Source: Bugula neritina
Lineage: Eukaryota; Animalia; Bryozoa
Assembly: GCA_964035545.1 (NCBI GenBank)
Contig: OZ037768.1
Span: 16,599,875 to 16,663,874 of the forward strand
DNA: 64,000 nucleotides
Reading direction: 5' to 3'
Part shown: positions 1 to 13,600 of the stretch, piece by piece
Layout: each line of letters begins with the position of its first letter
Position numbering within the stretch: the stretch's first letter is position 1
Notes under the pieces: model-generated
Seen by the model: the letters and a program-made list of their open reading frames with translations, nothing else
Told to the model about the DNA's origin: nothing
Database searches by the model: none
Program-made: the position numbers and the translations under genes

Positions 1-479
1 GAACTGTCCATGGCTAAGTGCACTTGAGTAAGCAGTAACTCAACACTGCAGCATGATACAGAGAGCCACAGGCCAAATCCACTAAACTATTATATGGAAA
101 TAGATTTTATAAACCGTAATCCTTTACAAAATTGATTAAAACAGATATTGTGTAACTTATAAATTTTAATTTTCTGTGGCTTCACTAGAATCAAATTGAA
201 ACATAAACAACTACACATATTTGTGTAGAATAGAGTATACTAATTTTCTTAACTAATATGCAACAAGTCATTGGAAACCAATATCTAATACCGTAAAGAT
301 TTCTTTTGAAGCTCTCCAAGCTCTTTCCTGCAAATTTAATTATTGATAAAGCTATTATATAGTGCATTACCATTTCAAATAGATTCTCTGATTGTCATGC
401 AACTTCAACTTAGTTGGTATTTAAATTGGGAAAGGAAAACATTAATGTTTTTACATCTATTATTTTCAAACACACTCGC

Positions 480-769
480 CTGTTGAACTGACATCTACTG
501 TAGTATGTATTCCTAAAACTTGGAAAGCCTCAGAGATAACTTCAGACAGAGGAACATCAGGTTCTTCTGGTATATAGTTGTCATATACTGTAGCTTCTGT
601 GTTGATAGAGATTTGATTACCAGAATCAATTTTAGGAAATGAAATGACAGAGTTCACTGGTAGAATACTATGATTTTGGGTAAAGTCTTCAAGGGCAACA
701 GGAGCTACCCTCTCAACATTATCCCATAAATGAGTGTCAGATACTGCAGCTGGCATACTGAAAAAGTGT
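480..769 (-). pseudogene. ZNF cluster copy C: 5'-truncated N-terminal-domain exon; finger exon, if any, lies left of the window
   Basis: ORF 466..756 matches the paralogous exon (PEEPDVPLSEVISEAFQVLG). At ~769 the exon joins directly to sequence homologous to ~9655 onward of copy B, so the ATG micro-exon and the exon's 5' part are deleted. Donor reads GCGAGT instead of GTGAGT. Confidence 0.75.
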
Positions 770-1019
770 AGCAGTAGTATATATAAATGCTGATTGAACG
801 ATGGTGATGAAATTAAACTTAAGTCAGAATTATTTTGATCTTAAACTTAATATAATGTTTTAGTTTGTTTTTATCAATACTTGCAAATTTATTGAAAAGA
901 TACAATTTGTGATAGAGATCGCCAATATTAATACTTCAAAGTTCAAAACTCAAATATCACTTGAGTGCTTGATTAGTGTTATTTTTCTCAGCTGAAATGC
1001 ATAAAATACATTCACTTGA

Positions 1020-1325
1020 AAGACCACCAGATGATGGGCTTTATTATACCAAATAACTTGTATATAAAGAATGTCTGGTAAAACCAGCTAATCTTAGTTT
1101 TATACAACAGTAATCTTCATCATCTGAGACTTCTACAATGACTGACATAAAAGGAGATACAACTATATATATTTTTCAAAATCTAAAAATTCTATGTCTG
1201 ATACAAAAGGAAAGACTTGCATAGCTGTGCCCACAGATTCACAGTCACTGCTCACTTCAAGTTCTGTTCCTAACATCTCTGGATACCAAGTCCTCATGCG
1301 TCTTGGATATTTGTTCTGAGACTTC
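1020..1325 (-). pseudogene. Copy of unknown acidic 'SSDCES' exon module (companion family)
   Basis: Translates KSQNKYPRRMRTWYPEMLGTELEVSSDCESVGTAMQVFPFVSDIE...; has a partial internal duplication and an altered acceptor (taag vs ttag in paralogs). Confidence 0.6.
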
Positions 1326-2566
1326 TTAATAAAACAACAAAACGCAAAATATAATCTTGAAGATAATCTGATGACACCCAGTTATAAATGGCACTTTGCT
1401 GGTATTATTTATGAGAGATAGATAACTGCATGAAAGGAAAATTAGAGTTGTTTAAAGAATTTACATTCTGATGCAAGTTTTTATATATACATTTCTCACA
1501 CTATAAAGTAGTAGTGTCTTTGTGGCATGTTTTAGTTTACGGAAGATAATTGCTATTATGTTATTATTATTAATCATATTCTCATTAATTATACTGCAAT
1601 CACTGAATATCCCGTATATGAAAGCCTGATAAGCCCAGCATAAGTACAGAAGTCAGAATTGGTCCAATCCCAACCTACAAAACATATTTTGTATCTTGTA
1701 GAAGTATAATTAGTTTTAGTGGAATAATTTCAATAGAGTAAATATGGAAGATATGCACTAACAGAATTGAATGCAATTTGATTCTTACCTACTCTACTGT
1801 TTCAGTTATAAGCACGTTAATCTTATGAAAAGATATCTGTGAAAATGTCTTTGATTTTAAACTGAGTTACATATGTTATAACTGCTAGAAATTGTACATT
1901 TCAAATATTTAATATCTATTTTCTTGCTAGCTTTGGTTAATTTGTTAAGAAATAGCATAAAATGATTTCGCCATTATCAAATATGAAGAAAATGACTCAA
2001 CTGCATTTTGAAGAGCAAGTAACACAATGAGTAAGGCACCAGCTCAACATTTCAAGGTATTTTTCATTATTGTCGAATTACTGCACTACCAAATACCATG
2101 CAATATTACACATGTTTTATAATAAAGGAAGACAACATAACAAATAATTTGACTATTATGCATCATTGGCTATTAAATCTGCAAACATAATTCACACAAG
2201 CTTCCGTCTATAGATTATCTTGTCTTACAAAACTTATATAATTTTATTAAATTTCAAGAAGCATATAATATTTCCACTTTTACTGAGAGTTTTCTTTATT
2301 TTTCAGTTTATGTTGAACATGTTGTTTAAAAGCTATAATATTTACCCTATGATGGATGACTTTCTATTTTTTTTTATTAGTCAAAACTATAATGTACATC
2401 AAACTTTTACAAAGACACTTTTATTCGATGTTTAAAATATTTGTTAGAGTCTATATTTTGTCAATTCAGCAGTCTGTTTTATTGTTTCTATGCCTTGATA
2501 TTTAAGTGCCTATAACTATAAAAATGTTTATGATGCAAGTATATAGTTTAAAATTTATATTATTAG

Positions 2567-2779
2567 AAATCAAAAAAAGGTGAGGTATACACCAGGAAAG
2601 ATGATTCATCATATGTAGAAATGTCAGTCACTAAGAAACATGCTGACAAGTATGACTCAGTTGATATTTCTCAACCACAAGCAGTGAGTCAGTCTGGAAC
2701 TAACCTTGTAGACTCAGATGGCCATGTGGGACCTACTCAGAAGATGTATGCTAACATTGAACTTAAAATTCTTTGTTGA
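2567..2779 (+). other. Orphan exon-like segment resembling a receptor cytoplasmic tail with tyrosine motifs
   Basis: After tattag, 70 open codons: KSKKGEVYTRKDDSSYVEMSVTKKHADKYDSVDISQPQAVSQSGTNLVDSDGHVGPTQKMYANIELKILC*. No upstream transmembrane exon was identified. Confidence 0.4.
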
Positions 2780-3945
2780 GTATTCCTTGTGTGAGTGATA
2801 ATTGAAGGTATTTTATGCATGTTAGGTTTGATGTAGTATAAAATATGTACTAACATAATATTATTTCAATACTGTTAGGCATCTCTGTAAGCCCTTTTCT
2901 TTAAAAACTTTTACTGTACAAAGCATAGCGTTTAAGAAGGTGGATAAAATGAAACAATTGAAAAAATATACTATAACTGCTTGCATACAAAAATAAGTTT
3001 ATTAATTAGATTTATTAGAAAAATGAGCAATTTTAAAGAAGGTTACTATAAGTTTATATCCCGATTTATTGCATTTGCTTTAAACAAATATTAGAAACGC
3101 TGCATTGAACCTCTTCTCTTTTATTCTATATATAGGGGCTTTGCAGCTACTCTTGAAACACGTATAAAAATTGAGCGTATAGAAATGAGCTTATTTTTTT
3201 TGGAAAATTTGAATATTGATGAGTGCATGGTAGAATCTCTCAGAGCTATAAGGATAAGCAAACACAGACAGTTCTCTGCTTCTTCAACTGTTCAAATATA
3301 TACTTTAAAAGAACATCTAAACACTATCTAAAGCCTTAAACAAATTTTATTTTCAATTTTATTTACTGTATTTTGGTTTCTTTACTTCTCAACTGTGTAT
3401 ACAGTCTTTCTACATGTAGCATACCTGTGTGTTCACCATGGAAGTATAAAACTCTCTGAAACTATAGTTAAAAATCTGTCAATATTAAAATCCGACATTG
3501 TAAATCATGAATAGAGAGTTTTTAGTAAACTTTTTTATACAGATATGCAATATGTGTTGCTTTTCTTGCTACAATTATAGAAAAGCAAAAAAATGCTCAA
3601 ACCTTTATTTATTATGAACAATTAGACACACATCATATCAATAAGTTTGCACGAATTGATGGCAACCAACTAAAATATTTATATGTGAAAAAATCTCAAA
3701 AAACTTCCGGCCCAAGTTTAATTTCATCACAATTGTTCAATCAGCATTGTAATATATACCACAGCTAGTGTTTACTGAAAGCTTTTGTAAATAGCCAACA
3801 CAAAACAGTGCTAGAAACTGTTATTTACAGCATTTATCTTGAGAACTATTTAGGTGCAAAGCAAAGCAAAGCTTATGTAAATTTTATTCATGACAACTTT
3901 TTACCATACTTTCTTTGCTCATCAGCTGTGTACGGATCATCTAGC

Positions 3946-5884
3946 ATGTCTGTGTGCCCACCATGTAAGTATAAAATTCTGTAAAACTAGCAAATTTTAT
4001 TTCAATAAATAAAACAACCAGTGTACAACATGTAAAGCCAAACTTTCAGTGAATGTGTTTATATGATTGTAAGTATTGACTTGGTTTTTGTTTGTTGTCT
4101 TGTAGTTGTTAAACATCAAAAGATTCTTGAAACATCTAATCACTATGAGCAAGAAACACGTCATAGCTTTGAACACGGTCTATGGCAATATAATACTGGT
4201 TCAGTGATTTTAAAGACTCTAACTCCAGATACTCAACACTTTTTCAGTATGTCACCTGCAGCATCTGACACTTATTTATGGGATGATGAAGAGAGGGTAA
4301 CTCCTGTTGCCCTTGAAGATTTTGCTCAAAATCATAACATTTTTTCTACTAATTCAGCCATTTCTTTTCCTACAATTGATGCGAAAAATCAAATTTCCAT
4401 CAACACCGAAACTTTAGTATACAATGACTATATACCACAAGAACCTGATGTTCCTCTCTCTGAAGTTATCTCTGAGGCTTTTCAAGTTTTAGGAATGTAT
4501 TCCACAGCAAATTTCAACTCAGCAGGTGAGTGTATTTAAATTTATAATTGAAGTAAAGCCACTAAAGTTTTGCCTTCTCATTAAACACTAAGTGAATTGA
4601 AGCTGTGTGATGATCAAAGAGATAATAATAATCTAAAAATATTTATATTAAATAACATTATTTGATTCAGATTTCTGACTTTAGTAACAATTTTGCGCAA
4701 ACATATGCAGCTGTATCTTATATTTTAATTTGATTCTACTGAAAACACAAAATATTACAATGTAAAAATCAAACATCTTCTGATTTAACAGATCTGGTAG
4801 CTAATTCTGATTCAGAATTTATATTTCAGTATTACTAAAAAAAAGACAGGAGTAGAGGATTGAAGTACATGCATTTTCTTTTTAACTACGTGGCCGAGTT
4901 TAAATGACAAAAAAGTAAAAATTGCAAAACTGATTAGTAGTTCAAAATGCTACTTACTGTATACTTGTATTCACTTGTGTTTTGTAGACGGAGCCCAAAC
5001 CTATATGGATGAAAAAAACATTTCTGGTAGTCTGGTGAATCTATTGAGTAAAGTAGCAGATGAATACAACTTGAACAGAAGTACAGAGAGTTACACTGGT
5101 AATAATGTGCATGTAACTGCAAGTATGTTACTACATGCATGTAGCATATTTGGAGATTCATTCGATCAGACAGAAGATCCAGTGATTCAACCAAATAAAA
5201 ACAGTAACAAGAAAAAACCTGCACACAATATTTGTAAATTTACAAGACAGGTTAGTCTTGCTAAACCTAGACGGTTGCAGGGAATCAAAAAGAAATGCTT
5301 TCAATGTCTGTTATGTAACTACAAAACTGAACGTAAAAATAGTCTTACCCGGCATGTGAGAAGACACACAAATGAGAAGCCATTTGTGTGTAGAGTGTGT
5401 GGACGTGCTTTTACTCGTAGAGATAATCTCACAATACACATGAGAATACATACTGGGGATAAACCATTTCAATATAGTCAATGTGACTACAAGACAGCAC
5501 AGCAAGGTTCTCTCATGAAACACATGGTACTACATAGTGGGGAGAAACCACATGAGTGCAGTGTATGTGACTATAAAACTATATGGAGAAGTAATTTTAA
5601 TCAGCACATGAGAAATCACAATGAAAAGAAACTATATTCGTGCAAAACATGTGACTTCAAATCAGCACAGAAAAGTACTCTCACTTACCACACGAGGACA
5701 CACACAGGAGACAAACCATTTCCGTGCAGTGTATGTGAGTATAAAGCTAGACAAAAAAGTGATCTTAACAAGCACATGAGGACACACAGGAGAGAAGCCA
5801 TTTTACTGTAAACTTTGCAACTACAAGGCTGCTAAGAGGGAATATATCACTTCTCATACGAAAAATCACAATCGAGAAACATAA
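3946..5884 (+). CDS. C2H2 zinc-finger gene copy A (coding exons 3946-3964, 4106-4525, 4988-5884), 7 fingers; frameshift before finger 7 gives a stop at 5811
   Basis: GT-AG junctions with matching phase 1 give MSVCPP-FVKHQKILE...EAFQVLG...DGAQTYMDEK. CX2CX12HX3H fingers with TGEKP-type linkers. Finger 3 has Cys->Tyr. A 2-nt loss in ACACACA at ~5785 shifts the last finger (FYCKLCNYKAAKREYITSHTKNH) out of frame. Confidence 0.85.
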
Positions 5885-7198
5885 AATGCTGATGAATTTT
5901 AAAAATCAACATATACAAACATAATTATGGTCATATACAGTAAAGTTCACAATGTCACAGCAAAAATCACTTTGTTTTCTGTTTTTGGGTCTAGGATGAC
6001 AAGCTCTCTGCTCTTTGATGTTGCCACTTCATATGATACTCTTTAGATTATCAACTTTACGAATGTTCTAATTGTATTTTTAAAGCTACAAGATAAATAT
6101 CCGAAGGATGGATTCTGTTTAACACAAGCAGGAATTATCCTATTTGCATCTGAAACACAAAGCTAACTGAAAAGAACAAATTTTTCTAGTACCCTATAAG
6201 CCATTTTACTATTCTAAATAAATCTATTTGCTATTGCCTATAACCTGCTCTTTACCATCGTGCAAAGTCTTTAGTGATATAACAAACCATGCTTACTAAA
6301 TTTTGGAAAAAATGTTTTAATTTGATGAAAGCAACAAGATCTGAATTATGTGTCACTGAATCTGCAGATTTAGCGACACATAATTCAAATCTTGTTGCTT
6401 TCACCAAATTAAAATATGTTTTCCAACATTTAGTAAGTATTTCAATCGTCTTAGTTTATAGAAGTCTTATCATTCATATTTTAGACGTATATGTATTGTA
6501 TAATAAAATTTCTATTACTTGGCATGGTCCATTAATTTTTATTTTCAATAATATTCTATATTCATAGCATTTTATAATACACAATCATAATATTGAAAAT
6601 AAGTATCCCAAGTGTTTTTTGTTCTAATTCTCTTTTCATAACTATATCATCAACAAAATCGTCATTTGATTTTTAAGCTACAATATCAACATTTCTGACA
6701 ATAAAATTTTAGCTGCTATCCAATCAATATAAACAGTTAGTCGGTTAGTTAATTAATTAGTGTGAGTGAATGGGGCTGTGAGCAAGTGTGTGTGCGTGCG
6801 TGTGTGTGATACCAGCTAAAATTCTATTGCTAAAATTGTTTATATGCCAGCTTAAGAATTGAATATAACATATTAAAAAGAAAATTAGAACCACAAAAAT
6901 TGAGAATACTGATAGATCTAATAAAATGACTGCATATTGTAATGCACTATTAAAAATAATAGTATTAGATAGAGAGCTTAATTGACCAAAAGCAGTATAA
7001 TTTTTTTTAACAAAACATTTATTTTACTTACGAACAATAAGCAGTTTATAAAATATTATTTTTGAAATAATTACTAAATGTTGGTAAAAACTGCCTTAAT
7101 TTGGTAAGATGATTAAGATTTAGATCACATGCTGCTAAATACGAGTGTCATGTCACTAAAAAGTTTGCATAATGGTAAAGAGCTAGTTATAGTCAATA

Positions 7199-7202
<4 letters not shown>

Positions 7203-7248
<46 letters not shown>
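7203..7248. repeat. (TA)n microsatellite
   Basis: Read directly from the sequence. Confidence 0.95.
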
Positions 7249-7251
<3 letters not shown>

Positions 7252-8057
7252 AGCTAAATTGAATAGTGAAAAAATTAGGCTAGCAGAAGTATGTACTTTT
7301 TTCAATTACCTTTCCTAAATGACTTGACTTTAAAAACTGCTATAATCTTCATTTGATACCAGATGAAAGGTTACTGCCAAAATTGTTACTAGTTTTGCTT
7401 TATAATTAGTTAAAAGTTGTGAAAAGTAAGGTAAAGCCTAAAAAACTCAAGAAATTTTTTCAATAAAATGATTGTGTTTGCAGGTATAGAGTAGTATTAG
7501 ATAAAAAATTTAGTTGACAATATAATATTATAACTTTTATTGTACAACACAGTTATCTATAAGCCTATAATGAATAATAACAAATTTATAAAATTCATTA
7601 AAGTAATTACTAAATGTTGGTCAAAAATTGCTTTAGTTTGGTAAAAGCAACGGGATTTGAATCAAGTGTCACTAAAGTATATGGTCTGTTATATCACTGA
7701 AGAAGGTGCATAATAGTAAAGAACTGGTGGTCAATAGTCAACAGATTTATATAGAATGGTAGAATGATTAGGTTACCAAGATTATGTATCTTTTAAATTG
7801 GCTTTGAGTTTTATATGTAAGTATTAGAATTCCTATGTTGAAGTGAATCCAACCTTTATAGTTTTATGTAATGTAGCTTTACGTGCACAGTTATAACGCA
7901 TGTGTACAGTATACAATCAATGTGTAAAGCGCTTCTCATTCTAGACCCTCATTTAAGCCCTAAAGACAGCAAGCAATATAATTTCTATGGTGTTGTGAAA
8001 TCTACTGTAAAAAGCCTTCTGACTCTAAATGTAGATTTAAAAACATAATCATCCACT

Positions 8058-9435
8058 TCATGTTTCACAGTTGTGTTTCTTCATATGAGAAACAAGGTTT
8101 CCTTTCTGAGCAGCCTTGTAATCACATATTTTACAGTGGAATGGTTTCTCTCCAGTGTGTGTTCTCATGTGTATGGTAACATGATGCTTATGAGTAAAAG
8201 CATTACCACAGACTTTGCAGACAAATGGTTTCTCTCCAGTGTGTGTCCTCATGTGCACTGTGAGATTATCTCTTTGATTAAAAGCATGACCACACACTTT
8301 ACAGACAAATGGCTTCTCATTTGTGTGTCTTCTTTTATGTCTATTAAGATTACATTGATATTCAGTTTTGTAGCTACATACAAGACATTGAAAACTTTTC
8401 TTTTCCATGTCCTGAAACTGTCTAGGTTTAGCAGTACTAACCGGTTTTGCAAATCTATATTCACAAATATTATGTACAGGTTTCTTCTGGTTGCTGTTTT
8501 CATTTGATGGAACTACTAGAGCTTCCTGTTGATCAAACACATCTCTAAATATGCTACATGCATGTAATAACATACTGGTAGTCACATGAATATTATCACT
8601 AGTCTGATTCTCTGTAATTCTGTTTGAGTTGTATTTATCTGCTACTTTATTTAATAGGTTCACCAGATTACCAGAAGAGTTTCTTTCATCCAAATACGTT
8701 TGGGTTCTATCTGCAAAATACAAACAAAAACAATTTTATATACAGTAAGTATAGCATTTAGAACTTACTAATCAATTTTCCTTCTTTTATTTTAACATAT
8801 TTATTTATTGATTTTACTTAAATTATAAATTCAGACACACTCACCTGTTGAGTTGACATCTGTTGTGGAATAGTATCCTAGAACTTGAAAAGCCTCAGAG
8901 ATAACTTTAGACAGAGGAGCATCAGAATCTTCTGGTATATTACAGTTTTCATATACTGTAGCTTCTGTGTTGGTAGAGATAGAATTATCTGACTCGATTG
9001 TTGGAAATGAAATGACTGAGTTTACAAGAAGAAAACTATGATTTTCAGTAAAGTCCTCAAGAGTATCAGGAGCTATCCTCTCAACATCATCCCATAAGTG
9101 AGTGTCAGGTATTGCAGCTAGCATACTGAGAAAGTGTTGAGTATCTAGAATCTTTAAAATTACTGAACCAGTATTATATTGCCATACGCCATGTTCAAAG
9201 ATATGATTTGCTTCTTGCTCATCGTGATTAGGTGTTGCAAGAATCTTTTGATGTTCAATAACTACAACACAACAAAGAAAGACCTATCAAATACTTATAC
9301 TAATAATTACAAACGTATTTAATGAAAACTTGTCTCCAAATTTTTTTGTAAAAAATGCGTTTCAATCATTGACATAATTATAATTTACAGGTTTTACAAA
9401 ATGTTATTATACTTACATGGTGGGCTTACCGACAT
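8058..9435 (-). CDS. C2H2 zinc-finger gene copy B (coding exons 9435-9417, 9261-8845, 8710-8058), 4 fingers, apparently intact
   Basis: Canonical GT-AG sites; open frame through MSVSPP-FIEHQKIL...SKVISEAFQVLG...DRTQTYLDER; four complete C2H2 fingers; TGA at 8060-8058. Confidence 0.9.
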
Positions 9436-12400
9436 GCTAGATGATCTGTACACAGCTGATAAGCAAGAATGGGATCTTAAAAAAAATTGTTAAAAATAAA
9501 ATCTACATAAAAATTGCTAGTAAATGTAAACTGAATTAAAAAAAGTTCTACTGTTTATTGTCTAAATACATATATAGTTAACAGTATGAATGACGTAAAT
9601 AAAATTTACTAGCATGGTTTTGTGTTGGCTATAGTTGCAAAGCTTTCAGTAAAAAGCAGCTTTGTTATATTTAAATGCTGCATGATTGAACAATGGTGAT
9701 GAAGTTCAACTTAGGCCAGAATTATTTTGTGAAAAAATAATATGATATTTCAGTTTGGTTTTGCAAATTTATTGCAAAGATAAAATATATGATAGAAAGT
9801 AATATTAAGTTAAATTTGAATTGTAAAGGTTTAAAAACTGAAATTGACACAATTTGATGTTGATTTTTCTCACTTAGAAAAACAATTTGGCGGGTTTTTA
9901 GGTAGCATTTACTTATGCTCTATGCTGGTGAATACTATAGTCTTTTACATCTTTTCTTATGAAAAATAAAATTCTCAATAAAAATTACTAGTAAATGTAA
10001 ACTGAATTAGAAAATTTCTACTGATTTTTGTTGTTGCTATGATGTAATTGTATAGCAAATACGATGGCTGAAGACAAAAAGGCACCATTCAATAACTATG
10101 GGTTATAGTTAAATAATAATAGGATAGAATGCTTTGTGATAGCTTTCCTGTTTATATAGAGATCTGGTAGTCTGCAGTTTGGAGTAGAAGCTGCTTGACT
10201 TGTTGAATTCCAGGGTTAAAGTAAACTGGAAGCTTACCAGTTATTTCTAAAACTTTCTACATATTGTTTGCAATAATTAAATGTTATGCTTTCAACAGTT
10301 ATAAGTAGAATATGTGAATCACATGTGCAATAATAATAACGTGAAGCAGCTTAAAAACATATAGTGATGATTTGAGTGCTACTTTTACAAAATGTTAATT
10401 TTGTTGTACAAACAGAAACAAATATGCTATTTTTGTTGACAAAAAAATGTAGCATTAGCATCATCATAATATAAGGTAAAGTATTTTTGATAATCACTTA
10501 ATTAATTTCAACAATCAAAGTTTGTTGCCATGACTGCAATTGTTTACATTCTTTCAGATTTATTATAACTGTTGTACCATTTAATTTTATAACTGTTTAG
10601 CTGTTGTCTTACTTATTGAGTGATATGCTTTTCAAAATGCAGGTGAGCCATTTTTATATATTGCTATTCTGTGAGCAGAGAAATCAAAACTATAAACATT
10701 TAATATTAGCCACTTTAATTAGTATAAAGAACAAGTGTAGATCAATGTTCATTATGTACAAATGAACTTATAAGCATCTGACTGAGTAACGGGAGGATTA
10801 TTTGAAGAAACTTGTATTAGTTTGTGGGGAAATCTATCATAAGGACGTTTCATCACAGTTAATTGTTGACATGTCTGTGATCAATTGGTTAGCTACACAG
10901 CATTTGTAAAATGATTGAAGATTTTCGTTGATCTTAAGAATTTCATTGTTTACGTTTTTTAGTTCTATAAAACGACTAGGATCATATGCATGTAGATATG
11001 GGCTAAGCTTCCTAAATTGTGACTCTGTAAAACCTGTGAATTAATAACAGTTTGTGCCTAGAAAGAATCTTTACGAAGTTTTTGCTGCTTGAGTACAGTT
11101 GATTAGATAGCTGTTGAGTCTTTTTATTGTTTGATCAATGCAATTATTTTTTTTTACCTAATTTTTAAAATAAATTAAGCTTTTAGTAACCAAACAGGGT
11201 CCAATGGTTTGCTAATATCTATTAAAATTCCTAAGATTAAAGTTTTATAGATAAAAGCTGTGAGAGTATTGTTAGTAAATTCTATCAGCTCTATCATGAT
11301 TGTTTTCTAAAGCCATATTGACTTGCTTTGAATATCCCATTATTTTCCAAAATGTCTATTATTTGTTAATTCATTAGTTTTTCTAACATTCTACTAAAAA
11401 TAGAAAAAATAGAAATATACTTTTAATTTTCTGCGTATTTTGTATAGAACCTGTTATGAACTGGATTGATTCCATGGCACATTTCAGCTTTGATGAAAAA
11501 ATAACTGTTTGTATACAAAAATATATATTTGATATATTTGAAAAATGTTTTGCATGAAATATTATTATTTTTGCCGATGTACTGTGTACTCAAGCTATGA
11601 TGCTAAAACAGCCAGTGCAGTGAGCTCTCATACTCAATCTGTGATCTGAGAGTAGACCTTTGGGGTGCAACAAATAAACATACATGACTTAACATTGCTG
11701 AGTCAAGTTAGCAAGACATATAAAAATATACAAATCATGTTAACTGTAGTAAACAGTTTCTATAAATATTAATAGTCTGAAGGAAACTCATCTTTGACAT
11801 TTGGGATACTTAGTTTATTAGTTAGCTAGAATAGAGATCAAAATGCCAATTCACGGCTCTTTAGCAGTGACTGTATTTGTCTGTTTTGGTTGCCTTCCTT
11901 GACCTTCTCGCCAACTCATATCTTATGGTTAACAGTTAGATTACTTTAGAGGTCAAAATTCAATATCACTTGATTGTTTAGTGTTCTTTCTTTTCAGCTA
12001 AAGTTTTTGAAGTGTATCCACTTAAAACACCACCAAGCAACAAGCTTTATTACACCAAAGAAAGCTGACCTAAGTTACATCTGGTAAAACCAGTTAATCT
12101 TGGTTTTATACAACCATACTTTTCATCATCTGAAACTTCTATGTCTGATATGAAAGGAGAGACTGGCATAGCTGAGCCTACAGATTCCCAGTTACTGCTT
12201 TCTTGACATTCTCTTCTAACCATTTCTGCATGCAGCTAAAAATACATAAAGTGCATCCAATTGCATAAAAAACCACCAAATTATGGGACTTTGTTATATC
12301 AAAAACCTTTTGATATGCTTCAGAAAAGCTGCCAATAGTTCATGATATGCATCCATTTGTAAGACCACCAAATTATGGGCTTTGTTAGACCAAAAGACTT

Positions 12401-13600
12401 GTATAAGATATATCTTATAAAACCAGCTAACCTTGGTGTCATGCAGTCATAGTCTTGTTTATCTGGCATAGCTGAGCTCACAGATTCACAGTCACTGCTC
12501 TCTTCAAGTTCTCTTCCAATCTTTTCTGGGTACCGAGCCTCCATGCGTTTTGGATACTTGTTCTGAGACTTCCTAATTACACAACAAAGAACAAAAATAG
12601 AGTCTTGGAAGTGATTTAATGACACACAGTTATACATAACACTTTGTTGGTATTATTTATGAGAGATAGTTAACTGCTTGTAACGAAAATTAGAGTTGTC
12701 TTTCAGAAGAGTTCAATGTTTTTTAGTAGTAGAAAATCAAACAGTTCTAAAAGCTTTAACAGAGGTTGCATGTGTGTGTTTGACATACTTTTCCTCTTAC
12801 GTCAAATCACCATTCCTGAGGTGGAAAGAGTTGGAGTATGAGTAGATGATATTATCACTGACTCTACTGACTCTGTTATCTCTCTCAATGTCAGACACAT
12901 AAAGTGACACAGACATGGAGTCAATACATTCAGGTTCACTCATCTCTCCATCATCATTCTTTCCTGGATACCAGGTTTTCATGCGTCTTAGAGGGAGAGT
13001 TTCTTGTTGGGACCTACACATAAGATAATGCTCAAATATGTTTAAATAATTTACATTCATATGCAAGTTTTATATACATCCCTAGACTTCAAAGAAATGG
13101 TGTGTTTGCAGCATGCTTTAGCTTTTAGAAGATATTAATTATTAACATATCATAATTATTATTTACATTCTCACTAACTCTAGACTATACTCACTGAGTA
13201 TTACTAATACAGTAAGCTAACAGGCCTGGCCTAAGTTCAGAAGTCAGAAATTATCCAATCCCAACCTACTAAATATATTTTGTATCTTCCATATGTATAA
13301 TCATTTATATTTCAATAAAAGCAATGTAAAATATGGAGAATATGCACTATAACAGAATTGATAGCAGTTTGATCCTTAATTTACAGTTTTTGATATAAGC
13401 AACTTAATCTTATGAAAAATAGATATGAAAATTGGTTTTACATTGAGCTAAATTACCACTGTATTCAAGTATTAAAAATTGCACATTTGAATAGTTTAAT
13501 ATTTAAATATTTGCTAGCTTTGGTTAATTTGCTAAAAGAATATTATAATATAATATTACTATTATCAATTATTAAAAATGACTCACCTATATTTTAAAAA
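8990..13600. repeat. Segmental duplication unit, direct paralog of ~23110-28080 and inverted paralog of ~37714-44500 (the latter interrupted by a DNA transposon)
   Basis: Long co-linear non-coding identity, e.g. CCAGTGCAGTGAGCTCTCATACTCAATCTGTGATCTGAGAGTAGA at ~11612 and ~25804, with the reverse complement at ~42580-42622. Confidence 0.9.
12050..13013 (-). pseudogene. Companion acidic exon family: RSQQETLP..WYPGK exon plus two SSDCES units
   Basis: ORFs 12797..13066 and 12320..12637; AG acceptors before 13013 and 12572; units are diverged tandem copies. Confidence 0.55.

Noticed and set aside
4934-8507. Antisense ORFs over the finger exons (also 49462..49908)
   Set aside because: Shadow frames typical of C2H2 arrays.
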